A DNA stretch of 64,000 nt from the NCBI GenBank assembly GCA_963776755.1, contig CAVZNW010000001.1:68866-132865 (forward strand). The letters are read 5' to 3'. Made by a program: the position numbers and the translations under genes. The stretch comes from an uncultured Acidobacteriota bacterium. GTDB taxonomy: Bacteria > Acidobacteriota > Thermoanaerobaculia > UBA5066 > Gp7-AA6. Below the pieces are notes generated by a model. It was not told the DNA's origin and searched no databases. It saw only the letters and a list, made by a program, of their open reading frames with translations. Below are positions 27,374-37,523 of the stretch, in pieces (the first letter of the stretch is position 1; each line of letters opens with the position of its first letter).

Positions 27374-29782
27374 TCACTGAAGAGAGAAGGTCTTGACGAT
27401 GAACACCGCCATTTGCCCTCGCGTGCTGGAGTTGTCTGGGCAATAGAGGGGTGGATTGGTCGAGCAACCGCCGGTGATCTGCTCGGCGGCGAGCCGCTCG
27501 ATGAAGGCCACCGCGGCCGCCCCCGGGCAGGGCACGTCGTCGAAGACGCCCGTGCAGTCGGGCGGCGCGTAGGCCGAGCCGTACTTGGTCTTCAGCAGGA
27601 AGACGGCCATCTGGCGCCGGGTCACGAAGTTGTCCGGGCAGAAGTTGCCGCCGCCGCAGCCGGTCGTGATGCCCTCGGCGGCGAGGGCCTCGATCCAGTT
27701 GGCGAAGGTCGATGGGCAGGGGACGTCGGGGAAGCTGCCCGCGCAGACGGGCGGCACGTAGCAGAGCCCGTGCTCGGCCTTCAGCAGGAAGACCGCCATC
27801 TGCTGGCGCTTGGTCCCCTGGTTCACGCCGTAGATCCCGCCGCCCACCCCGACGGTGATGGTGTTGGAGACGAGTGTCGTGACGGAGGGATAGAAGATGT
27901 TGCTGGACGGCACGTCGAGGAAGTCCGAGACGAAGCCCTTCGGCAGCGTCCCGGCGCTGCCGTCGAGGTTGACGACGGTGACGTCGTGGACCGTGCCGGC
28001 GGGCAGCGCCGGAGTCGTCGCGCCGATCTGTGTCGAGGACCCGACGCTGACTCCAGAGGCCGCCGCCCCGCCGATCGTCACGATCGCGCCGGCCGCGAAG
28101 TCGGTGCCCGAGAGGGCCACGGCGGTCCCCCCGGCGGGCGGGCCGGAGGTCGGCAGGATGGAGAAGACGATGCGCTGCGAGAACTCCGACGTGTTCCCGG
28201 CGGGGTCGGTCGCGGTGGCGGTGACGCGCGCTCCCGGGTCGAGCACGACGGGAAGGGTCACGTCGAAGACGCCCGTGCCCGCGCCGTTGGTCGTCACCTG
28301 GCCGAAGCCGAGATACGTCTCGCCCTCGATGAACTCGCGCGGGAAGCGGGCGCAGGCCGGGTTCGCGTAGAAGTCGAGGGTGTAGGTCGTCGACGGCGCC
28401 GAGTGCAGGATGCCCTGGAACCGCGTGTCGGTGCCCTGCGGCCCGGCGAGCCCCGTCACCGTGGTCACGATCGGGAAGTTCTGGAACTCGTTGCCGACGC
28501 CGGTGTCGGGATCGCCCGGGTCGTTGGGAGTGACGCCGAGGGAGCTGTCGCTGTTGTCGATCCCGATGCCGAAGTTGTCGTGGATCGAGTTGCCCCGGAT
28601 CGTGACCCGCAGCCCCAGGTTCCAGATCCCTCCGGTGAACAGGGTTCCCCCGACGCTCGGGTAGCCCTGGTTGAACGCGATCACGTTGCCCTCGCCCGGT
28701 CCGAGCCCGCCGATCACGACGTCGGTCGTTTCGAGGGTGTTGAGCAGGATGGACAGGTTGTTGGGGAGCGGCAGCAATCCCGTCGCGTCCGTGCCGATGA
28801 GGTTGCCCTGGATCACCGAGCCGGTGATGCCGTTGTTCAGGATGATGGCCTGGTTGTTGCCCGAGATGACGTTGCCTTCTCCGGGCGCCGGACCTCCGAT
28901 GTCGATGCTTTCCGTCAGGGCGGCGTCGATGCCGAAGTTGTTCGGAAGGGCCATCGTCCCGCTGATGTCGGTGCCGATGAAGTTGCCCAGGATTCGGTTT
29001 CCCGCGCCGGACTGCACCACGTAGAGCCCGTTGCCGTTCGTGTTGCCGGAGATCACGTTGCGTGCGCCGGCCGCGGCACCGCCGACCAGCGTGTTCGTGG
29101 CGAGGACGAGCGTGACTCCGGTGCCGTTCTCGAGCGCGCCGGCTCCGTCGGCCGTCGTCCCGATCCGATTCCCCTGGATGACGTTGGCGTCGCCGGTGAT
29201 GATGTGGACGCCGGAGCCGCCGTTTCCCGAGATGAGGTTTCCGGCCCCGGCCGACGTGCCGCCGATCGTGTTCCCATTGGAGTCCTGGACATAGACGCCG
29301 TCGCCGACGCTCAGGTCGATCGTCCCCGTCGGGTCCGTCCCGACGTAGCAGCCCGCGACGAGGTTGCCGCCGCCGGTCGCGAGGGCGATCTGCGTCGAGA
29401 AGCCGTTGACGACGAGCGCGCGAACGGTGCTCCCACCCGCGGTGATCCGGATGCCGTTGCCCAGAGGCGCGCCGGCCGTGATCTCGATGAGCGGGCTTCC
29501 CGCGTAGCCGGGTTGAGTCGTCCCGTCGATGATTACCGGATCGGTGATCGTGGGCGGGCTCGTCGCCAGACTGATCGTGTGGACGCCGCTGCCCGCGATG
29601 GCGAAGGCAATGGTGTCGAGGACTCCGACAGACGCGTTCGAGGCGTCGATCGCGTCCCGGAACGATCCGGCTCCGCTGTCGTTCGTGTTTGTCACCGTGA
29701 TGGTCACGGCCGAGAGATCGCCTCCCGCGAACGACACACCGAGGGCGGCCACGAGAAGCCGTGCCGCAAGGACTGGGCGCAT
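27374..29782 (-). CDS. P10: array paralog, intact (802 aa)
   Basis: MRPVLAARLLVAALGVSFAGGDLSA|[25 protein letters not shown]..; coils; TPNDPGDPDTGVGNEFQNFPIV; Ig-like; IPT; SLH-like x3 with a PGAAAVAFIERL / PPLYCP tail; IVKTFSLQ-stop. Confidence 0.92.
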   Translation of the reverse strand: MRPVLAARLLVAALGVSFAGGDLSAVTITVTNTNDSGAGSFRDAIDASNASVGVLDTIAFAIAGSGVHTISLATSPPTITDPVIIDGTTQPGYAGSPLIEITAGAPLGNGIRITAGGSTVRALVVNGFSTQIALATGGGNLVAGCYVGTDPTGTIDLSVGDGVYVQDSNGNTIGGTSAGAGNLISGNGGSGVHIITGDANVIQGNRIGTTADGAGALENGTGVTLVLATNTLVGGAAAGARNVISGNTNGNGLYVVQSGAGNRILGNFIGTDISGTMALPNNFGIDAALTESIDIGGPAPGEGNVISGNNQAIILNNGITGSVIQGNLIGTDATGLLPLPNNLSILLNTLETTDVVIGGLGPGEGNVIAFNQGYPSVGGTLFTGGIWNLGLRVTIRGNSIHDNFGIGIDNSDSSLGVTPNDPGDPDTGVGNEFQNFPIVTTVTGLAGPQGTDTRFQGILHSAPSTTYTLDFYANPACARFPREFIEGETYLGFGQVTTNGAGTGVFDVTLPVVLDPGARVTATATDPAGNTSEFSQRIVFSILPTSGPPAGGTAVALSGTDFAAGAIVTIGGAAASGVSVGSSTQIGATTPALPAGTVHDVTVVNLDGSAGTLPKGFVSDFLDVPSSNIFYPSVTTLVSNTITVGVGGGIYGVNQGTKRQQMAVFLLKAEHGLCYVPPVCAGSFPDVPCPSTFANWIEALAAEGITTGCGGGNFCPDNFVTRRQMAVFLLKTKYGSAYAPPDCTGVFDDVPCPGAAAVAFIERLAAEQITGGCSTNPPLYCPDNSSTRGQMAVFIVKTFSLQ

Positions 29783-29836
29783 GGACCACCCGCCTTTCCG
29801 GCTTGCCCGCCTGGGGAAGGCGGGCGAGTCTGGGAA

Positions 29837-29844
29837 ACTCTATC
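29837..29844 (-). promoter_or_regulatory. GATAGAGT -10-like motif upstream of P10
   Basis: GAGATAGAGTTTCCCAG lies 54 nt before ATG 29782 and is near-identical to the P18 upstream GCGATAGACTTTCCCAG. The leader contains the hairpin GCCCGCC-TTCCCCA-GGCGGGC (29805-29825). Confidence 0.3.
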
Positions 29845-29870
29845 TCGGCGACGCGTGGCCGGGTCGGGGA

Positions 29871-32222
29871 CTATGGAAGGCGGAACGTCCTCGCGAGGAA
29901 AGTCGCCATCTGCCCCCGCGTGGCCGGCGTCCCGGGGCAGTAGTCCCCGCCGCCGCAGCCGCCGGTGATGCCCTCGGCGGCAAGCTGCTCGATCCAGTCG
30001 GCAAACGGCCCGGGGCACGCTACGTCCCCGAAGGCCCCCGCACAGGCGGGAGGCGTGTAACTCGAGCCGTATCTTGCCTTGAGGAGCAGTGCGGCCATCT
30101 GGTCGCGCCGGACGGGATCCTGCGGGCAGTAGCGGCCGTTGCCGCAGCCGCCCGTGACGCCCTCGGCCGCGAGGGCCTCGATCCAGTCGGCGAAGGCCGA
30201 CGGGCAGGAAACGTCGACGAAGTGGCCGGTACATGGCGGCGGCGCGTAGCAGGCGCCGTGCCTGGCCTTCAAGAGGAGCGCCGCCACCTGTTGGCGCAGC
30301 GTCGGCTGATCCACGCCGTAGAGCCCTCCGCCCAGGCCGGCAGCGATCTCGTACAGAACGAGACGGACGACGTCGTCGTGGAAGAGGTGCGAGGACGGGA
30401 CGTCGAAGAAGTCCGCAACGTACCCCCGCGGCAGCGTTCCCGCCAGACCGCCGGGGTTCAGCACGGCGATGTCGGCGAGCGTTCCGGGGGCCAGGGCCGG
30501 CGCAACCGCGGCGATCGTCGACGAATTCGCGACGATGCTCGAAACGACCGCGCCGCCGATCGTCACGGCGGCGCCGTCCTCGAAGTCCGAGCCGAGCACG
30601 GCGACGGCGCTCCCGCCCTCCGCCGCGCCCGAGGTGGGCGCCGCCCGGAAGACGATCCCTCCGAAGATTTCCGAGGTGTTGCCTCCGACGTCGGTCGCGG
30701 TCGCGGTCACGTTCTCTCCAGCGGCGAGCGCTTCGGGGAACTCGACGTCGAAGTGAGCCTCGCTCTCGTGGTGGGCGACGTGCTCCTCGACCACCGCCGT
30801 GGTCGATCCGAGGTACCGCCGTGCCTGAGGAAGCGCCGACGGGGTTCGCGCGCAGGCCAGATCGGCGTAGAAGTCGATCGTGAAGGTCCCCTCCAGTGCG
30901 CTGCGCAGGACCCCCTCGATGTGCGTCGAGCCCGGCAGGACCGTGACGGCCTCCACGATCGGAAAGTTCTGCAGGTGATTGCCTCCCTCGTCGGTGTCGG
31001 CCGGGTCGTTGGGCGTGGGGCCGCCCGTCGCGTCGAGGGCGGCGAGGTCGATTCCTATCCCCCGGTTGTCGTGGATGGAGTTCCCGCGAATCGTGATTCC
31101 CGCCGAGAACCCGACCCATACACCGGAGTCGCCGTTGAACGCGATGACGTTGCCTTCGCCGGGCTCGGCGCCGCCGATGAGGACGTTCGCCGCGTCCTGC
31201 AGGAGAACCCCGCCGCCGTTGGGAAGGGGCGCGTCCCCGCCCACGTCGGTCCCGATGAGGTTTCCCTGGACGATTCCGTTCGCGCCGAGGAAAGTGATCC
31301 CCCGGCCGCCGTTGCCCGAGATGAGATTGCCGGCTCCCGCGTCCGGGCCGCCGACTCGGACGCCGTCGGCCCCCGCCACGTCCACTCCCGTCCCGCTGTT
31401 CGGGATCGCGAACGATCCGGACGAGTCCGTGCCGATGCGATTGCCTTCGATGACGGTCCCGTCCGAGCCCGCCTGGACCTGGATGCCGTTGCCGGAGTGG
31501 CCGGACACGAGGTTGCCCGTGCCGGGCGCGGCCCCGCCGATGCGCGTCGACGGCGAGCGTGCGAGCACACCGAGGCTCGACGCGACGGCGGCGGATCCGC
31601 CGGCGTTGGTGCCGATGAAATTCCCCTCGATACGGTTACCGCCTCCGGGGCCCTCGACGAAAATGCCGATCGGCTGACCCGCGATCGTGTTGCGCTCTCC
31701 GGCGGCGGCGCCGCCGATCCGATTGTCGCCGGACTCGACGCGGACGCCGGCCGATCCGTTGCCGTGCGGCATCGTTCCGGTGGGATCGAGACCGACGAAA
31801 CACCCTTCGACAGCGCTGCCGGTGCCCCCGGAGATCCGGATCCCGTACTGCGCGAAGCCGCCGATGCTGAGGCCTCGCACCAGACTGCCGCCCGCGGCGA
31901 TCTCGATCCCGGCGCCGTCCCCGGCGAGCGAGCCGTCGAGTGCCACGAGCGGCGAGCCCGCGAAGCCGGGCTGAGTCGTGCCGTCGAGGGCGGCCGCCTC
32001 GGTGATCGCGGGAAGCGGCGAAAGCAACTGAATCGACTGAACTCCGGCGCCGGGAATCGCGAAGGCGATGGTGTCGGGCCCGGGGCTGGCGTTGGCGTCG
32101 AGGACCGCCTGGCGTAGCGACCCGGCACCCGAGTCGCCCGCTTGAACGACTGTGAAGGTCGCCGCGATGACGGGCGCCGCGGCCAGCCAGGACGCGGCCA
32201 GCAATACCGGCGCTCTCCTCAC
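29871..32222 (-). CDS. P11: array paralog (783 aa from GVG-type GTG start at 32222), in frame with the upstream GNAT ORF
   Basis: (V/M)RRAPVLLAASWLAAAPVIA|[24 protein letters not shown]..; coils; TPNDPADTDEGGNHLQNFPIV; IPT; SLH-like x3; ends FLARTFRLP-stop. There is no stop codon between it and the GNAT coding part (track ORF 29871..32645). Confidence 0.8.
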   Translation of the reverse strand: MRRAPVLLAASWLAAAPVIAATFTVVQAGDSGAGSLRQAVLDANASPGPDTIAFAIPGAGVQSIQLLSPLPAITEAAALDGTTQPGFAGSPLVALDGSLAGDGAGIEIAAGGSLVRGLSIGGFAQYGIRISGGTGSAVEGCFVGLDPTGTMPHGNGSAGVRVESGDNRIGGAAAGERNTIAGQPIGIFVEGPGGGNRIEGNFIGTNAGGSAAVASSLGVLARSPSTRIGGAAPGTGNLVSGHSGNGIQVQAGSDGTVIEGNRIGTDSSGSFAIPNSGTGVDVAGADGVRVGGPDAGAGNLISGNGGRGITFLGANGIVQGNLIGTDVGGDAPLPNGGGVLLQDAANVLIGGAEPGEGNVIAFNGDSGVWVGFSAGITIRGNSIHDNRGIGIDLAALDATGGPTPNDPADTDEGGNHLQNFPIVEAVTVLPGSTHIEGVLRSALEGTFTIDFYADLACARTPSALPQARRYLGSTTAVVEEHVAHHESEAHFDVEFPEALAAGENVTATATDVGGNTSEIFGGIVFRAAPTSGAAEGGSAVAVLGSDFEDGAAVTIGGAVVSSIVANSSTIAAVAPALAPGTLADIAVLNPGGLAGTLPRGYVADFFDVPSSHLFHDDVVRLVLYEIAAGLGGGLYGVDQPTLRQQVAALLLKARHGACYAPPPCTGHFVDVSCPSAFADWIEALAAEGVTGGCGNGRYCPQDPVRRDQMAALLLKARYGSSYTPPACAGAFGDVACPGPFADWIEQLAAEGITGGCGGGDYCPGTPATRGQMATFLARTFRLP

Positions 32223-32645
32223 TCGGATCCCGGGTGTCTGGATCCAGCAGGGGATCGAGGTCAGGAACGTGAACCCGGCGCGCTCGTAGAAGCCCTTCGC
32301 CGTCTCCCGGCTGTCGAGGTAGACCTTCGGGATGCCGTCCTCGGCGGCCCGCCGGCCGAGCCAGCGCAGCATCTGGCCGCCGTGGCCGTGGCCCCGCACG
32401 TCTTCGGCCGTGACGAGGTCGTCCACGAACAGGTGCTCCCCCCGTGACAGGGTGTGGGAGCGCCGCACGCCCGCCAGGCAGACGAGCCGCCCGTCCTCGA
32501 AGCCGCCGAAGAGACGGTAGCCCTCGAGGTGCTGCCGGCGGACCTCGGCGACGAACGTCTCCTCGCGGAGCCGGTCGCGCAGCTGCCGCGCCAGGGGGAA
32601 GGCCGCGGCGATCTCCGCGTCGCTCGTGAGCTCTCGTACGTCCAC
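32223..32645 (-). CDS. GNAT-family N-acetyltransferase (141 codons), without its own stop codon as assembled
   Basis: GTG start 15 nt after the P12 stop. MDVRELTSDAEIAAAFPLARQLR..., motif A-like LVTAEDVRGHGHGGQMLRWL, ..AKGFYERAGFTFL.. The frame continues directly into the P11 signal peptide. Confidence 0.7.
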
Positions 32646-32660
32646 GGCGCGCGATTCTAC

Positions 32661-35054
32661 CTAAGGAAACTGAAAGGTGTTGTACAGGAACGCCGCCATC
32701 TGGTCGCGCCGGACGGGGCTGGCGGGGCAGTAATTGCTTCCGCCGCAGCCGCCGGTGATGCCTTCGGCCGAGAGCTGCTCGATCCAGTCGGCGAATTGCG
32801 ACGGACAGGGCACGTCGGTGAAGTCGCCGCTGCAGACCGGGGGCAAGTAGCTCGAGCCGTGCTTGCTCTTCAGGAGAAAGACCGCCATCTGCTGCCGCGT
32901 CACCGGATTGGCGGGGCAGTAGTTGCCGCCGCCGCAACCGCCCGTGATGCCCGCCGCGGCGAGCGCTTCCACCCAGGCGGCGAAGCCGCTCGAGCAGGGG
33001 ACGTCCCCGAAGACGCCGCTGCACGGCGGCGGCACGAAGCACAGGCCGTTCTTCGACTTCATGAGGAAGACCGCCATCTGCTGCCGCGTGACCGAGTTGA
33101 GGGGACAGTAGATCCCCGTGCCGCAGCCGACGGTGATCGCGTTCGCGACGAGCCTGGTGATGTAGAAGTAGAACTGCTGGGAGCTCGGGACGTCCGAGAA
33201 ATCCGCGACCCATCCGTTGACCAGCGTGCCGCCGGTGCCGTCGGGGTTCGTCACGACGACGTTGTTGAGCGAGCCGGCGGAGAGCGCCGGCATCGTCGCC
33301 GTGATCTGCGTGGGGCCCGCGACGTCGACGTTGACGGCCGGCTGGCCGCCCACCGACACCGTCGCGCCGTCGACGAACTGCATGCCGGTGATCGTGACGT
33401 TCGTGCCGCCGGCCGGAGGACCCGCCGCCGGGGTCATCGAGAAGATCAGGCGCTGCGAAAACTCGGAGGTATTGCCGTTGGGATCGGTCGCCGTCGCGGC
33501 GATGCGCGCCCCGTTCTCGACCGTCGCCGAGCAGCGTGACGTCGAAGGCGGCGTGGCCGGATCCGTCGGTCGAGACCTGCGTCGAGCCGATGTAGTCCTG
33601 GCCCTCGAGGTAGTCCTGAGGCCGGTCGGCGCACCCGGGGTTCGAGTAGAAGTCGACGTCGTAGGTCGTCGAGGGCTTGCTCTCGAGGACGCCGGCCACG
33701 TGCGTGCCGGCGCCCTGGCCGAGGGCCGGTCCCGCCGCGACGAGGACCGGGAAGTTCTGCAGGCCGTTCGAGTCGCCGTCGGCGTCGCCCGCGTCGTTGG
33801 GCGTCACGCCCGAGTTTCCCCCCGCGAAGAGATCGATGCCGAGGCCGTCGCCCGACGCCGTCTTGTTGGCGTAGATCCGGTTTCCCCGGATGCGCACCTG
33901 CTGTCCCTGGACGAGGATCCCGGCCGAGTTTCCGTAGGCGCCGCCGTTGTACGCGATGGTGTTGCCTTCGCCCGGGTTCGTTCCGCCGATCGTCATGTCC
34001 GTGCCGCCCACGTTGATGCCGATGCGGTGATTGCCCAGATCGAGCGTGCCGGTGACGTCGGTGCCGACAAAATTGCCCTGGACGACGTGGCCGCTGCCGA
34101 CGACGAGGAGCCCCTCGTAGAAGTCGGCGCCGGCGAGGACGTTGCCGTCTCCCGGATTGGGGCCGCCCACCGTGTGGCCGTCGCCGGAGACGCTCATGCC
34201 CTGCTGGGAGAGGCCCAGGACGACCGTGCCGGTGACGTCGGTGCCGACGTAGTTGCCTCGCGCCGACTTGCCCGAGCTGCCCTGGAGGTAGATCCCGCTG
34301 GTGCCTCCGGCGATCACGTTGCGGACGACCTGCCCGTTGGGCCCATCGACGACGATCGGAAACGTCGACGAGCCGCAGGCGGGCGTCAGCAGCACGCCGC
34401 CCGAAGCGGCGATGCCGATGACGTTGCCCTGGATGTCGACCCCGTCGTTCGCGGCGGTGACCTGGACCGCGACGCCGCACGCCGTGATCAGGTTGCGGGC
34501 GGCCGGGGTCGAGCCGCCCACGTGCGCCGACGGCGCCGCCCCGACGACCACCTCGGCGCCGGAGTCGACGAGCCGCTGCGTGCCGGTCGGGTCGGTTCCG
34601 AGGAAGTTGCCTTCGACGCGGTTGTTCGACCCCGACGAGATGTCGACGCTCGTCGTGCACCCGTTGACGACGAGCCCGCGGATCGTGGTATCGCCCGTCT
34701 GGACGCTGAAACACGTGCCGACCGATCCGGCCGCGGTCAACTGGATTCGCAGGACGGTGTTCAGGCCCTGGCCGAATGGCTGCGTGTTGGCGGAGGCCCC
34801 CGGCTGCGTGTAGCCGTCGATGGTGACCGGGGAGGTCAGGGGCGCCAGCGCCGTCGCGATCGTGATCGTCTGCACGCCGCTACCCGGGACGTTGAACGCG
34901 ATCGTGTCGGCCCCCGCGTTCGCGTTCGCGTCGAGGACCGCCTGGCGAAGCGAGCCCGCGCCGGCGTCGGCGGTCGACGTGACGGTGTACGTGTTGGCGG
35001 AGCCGACCGCCGCGACGCCGAGGACGAGAAGAGCCAGAAAAATCCGAATTTCAC
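32661..35054 (-). CDS. P12: array paralog, two frame breaks as assembled (~35038-35042 and ~33535)
   Basis: AAGGAGG lies 5 nt before GTG 35054: (M)KFGFF, then a T5 run one base short of ..FLALLVLGVAAVGSA|[24 protein letters not shown]. The body is in track ORF 31636..34875 up to ..AAFDVTL. The tail ORF 32661..33437 (TVENGARIAATATDP.. upstream; IPT; SLH-like x3) ends FLYNTFQFP-stop. Confidence 0.82.
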
Positions 35055-35106
35055 ACCACCCTCCTTACCGCTTCGACGCGAGATCACCAGGCCGCAACGC
35101 CGGATG

Positions 35107-37515
35107 CTACGGCAGCGCGAAAGCATTCACCAGGAACGCGGCCATCTGGCCCCGCGTGACGTCGTTCTGCGGACAGAAGTTTTGTCCGCCGCAGCCGCCG
35201 GTCACGCCTTCCGCCTGCAGCTGCTCGATCCAGTCGGCGAAGGGCCCCGGGCACGGCACGTCCGCGAAGTGGCCGTCGCACGGCGGCGGGATGTACTGGG
35301 AGCCGTGCTTTCCTTTCAGCAGGAAGACCGCCATCTGGTCGCGGCGCACGGGGTTGGCGGGGCAGTAGTTGCCACCGCCGCAGCCGCCCGTGATCCCTTC
35401 CGCGGCGAGTTGCTCGATCCACGGCGCGAAGTTGTTCGAGCACGGGACATCCGGGAATACGCCGGAGCAGGGCGGGGGTATGTAGCACGCGCCGTGGGCC
35501 GCCTTCAGGAGGAAGACCGCCATCTGCTGGCGCTTCGTGTTCTGGCCCACGCCGTAAAGGCCCCCGCCGACGCCGGCGGTGATGCCGTTGCCGACGAGGC
35601 GCATGACGTACAGGTAGAACTGGTGGTTGGAGGCGACGTCGAGGAAGTCGGTCAGCCAGCCGTTGGGCAGCGTGTCGATCGGGCCGCCCGGGTTCGACAC
35701 GACGACGAATTGACGGAGCCCGGAGGAAGGCTGGGCGTCTTCAGCGTAAGCGTGTGCACATCGGTCACTTGCACGTTCGACGCCGCCGCGCCTGCCGACC
35801 GTGACCGTCGCTCCGTCCTCGAACGCGAGTCCCGTCAGGACGGTCGGTGCCGCCCGAGCGGTCCGTACGGCGGCAGGCTGTGAAAGATGCCGCGGGGCGA
35901 GAGCTCGGAGGTGTTGCCGCAGGGGTCCGTGCGCGGTGACGACACCGGCGACCCGTTGGGGAGAGCGACGGGCAGGACGACGTTCACGACGGCGTGGCCC
36001 GACCCGTCTGTCGTGGCCGTGCGTCGAGCCGATGTACGTCCGCGCCTCGGGCAGGTCCTGGGGACGACGTTCGCAGATCGGGTCCGCATAGAAGTCGAGG
36101 TCGTAGTGGTCGATGGCGTGCTGTCCAGCACGCCGACGACCGTCGTGGTCGAAGCGCCGTACGTGACGGAAGACAGGACCGGGAAGTTCTGTAGCCCGTT
36201 GGCCCCGGCGTCGCCGTCGCCGGCGTCGTTGAACGTGACTCCGTTGCCGGCGACGAGCAGGTCGATGGCGAGGCCGGTATGGTAGTTGCCGCCGGGGTTG
36301 TCGAAGATCGAGTTTCCGCGGATCGTTGCCTTGCCGGCGCTCTCGACGCCCGACGCCCGCCGATTCCCGGTGTCGACGATGACGTTTCCTTCTCCCGGAT
36401 TGACGCCGCCGATGACGGTCCCGGTCGCCAGGACGCGGATGCCGTAGGTCGGGTTGCGAAGGAGGATGCGGCCGGTCTCGTCCGTGCCGATGAAGTTGCC
36501 CTGGATCAGGGCCGGCCCGTCGCCGACTGGTACACGGAGATACCCGCGGCATCCGTTCCCCCGACGAGGTTACCGGCGCCCGGGGAGGCTGCCTCCACGG
36601 CTAGTCCGGGTCGTTGACGATGCACTCGCTGTGACGATCGACCGCGAAGGTCCCGGTGACGTCGTGTCCGACGAAGTTGCCTTGGATCATGTCGGACGTC
36701 GATGATGCCCGGGAGTGCCGACGCCGACGTCGTCCGTCGCTGAAGACGTTGCGGGCCGAGGCCGTGGCGCCTCCGACGAGCGGGCCGTGCCCGCGCCGGC
36801 AAAGACGCCGTTGCGGGCCCCTCAACCGCGCCGAGCGTCTCGAGTCCGGTAAGGCTTCGTGCGCGATCAGGTTCCCGGCGACCAGGCGTCGTGATCCCCG
36901 GGAGATCTGCACCCGACTGTAGCAGCCCGAGATCAGGTTCCGCCGCCGGGGTCGTTCCGCCGACCGGGCGTCGGTCGCTGGGTTGAACTCAGCGACGCCC
37001 TCGAGACGTTCCCGTGACGGGAACCTCGTTCGCCGTCGGTCGGTCCCGAGGAAGACGCCATCGACGACGGTTCGCGACCGACCGGAGCAGCGTCGATCTC
37101 GGCCGCCGTCGAGCAGTGGTCACCGCGAGGCCCCGCATCGTGACGTCGTCCGCGCTTCGACGATCAGGCAGTCGCGGCGCCGCCGCTCGTGCCGTCGATC
37201 TCGACCTGGAGGACCGTGTTCGAGGCCCGAGGCTGGTCGGGTTGGTGTTGGCCGACGACCCCGCCTGCGTGTAGCCGTCGATCGTCACCGCGCCGGTGAT
37301 CGCGGGCAGCGCGGAGGCGAGAGCGATCGTGTGCGGACCGGTGCCGACGATCGCCGAAGGCGATCGTGTCCAGGCCGGGGTTCGCCGTTGGCGTCGAGGA
37401 TCGCCTGGCGCAGGGACCCGGCGCCGGAGTCGGCGGTCGAGGTGACGGTGTAGGTGTTGCCGAGCGCGGCCGCGGACGCGAGAGCCCCGAAAACAACCGC
37501 CAGGATCCTCTTCAT
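35107..37515 (-). pseudogene. P13: array paralog, heavily frame-disrupted (at least ten breaks, stops in all frames 36.5-37.2 kb)
   Basis: Start MKRILAVVFGALASAAALG|[25 protein letters not shown] (ATG 37515, junction TAGGAGGGATCATG). Family pieces ([98 protein letters not shown]) are scattered over all three minus frames. The last ~190 aa (SLH-like x3, FLVNAFALP-stop) are intact. Confidence 0.75.
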
Positions 37516-37523
37516 GATCCCTC

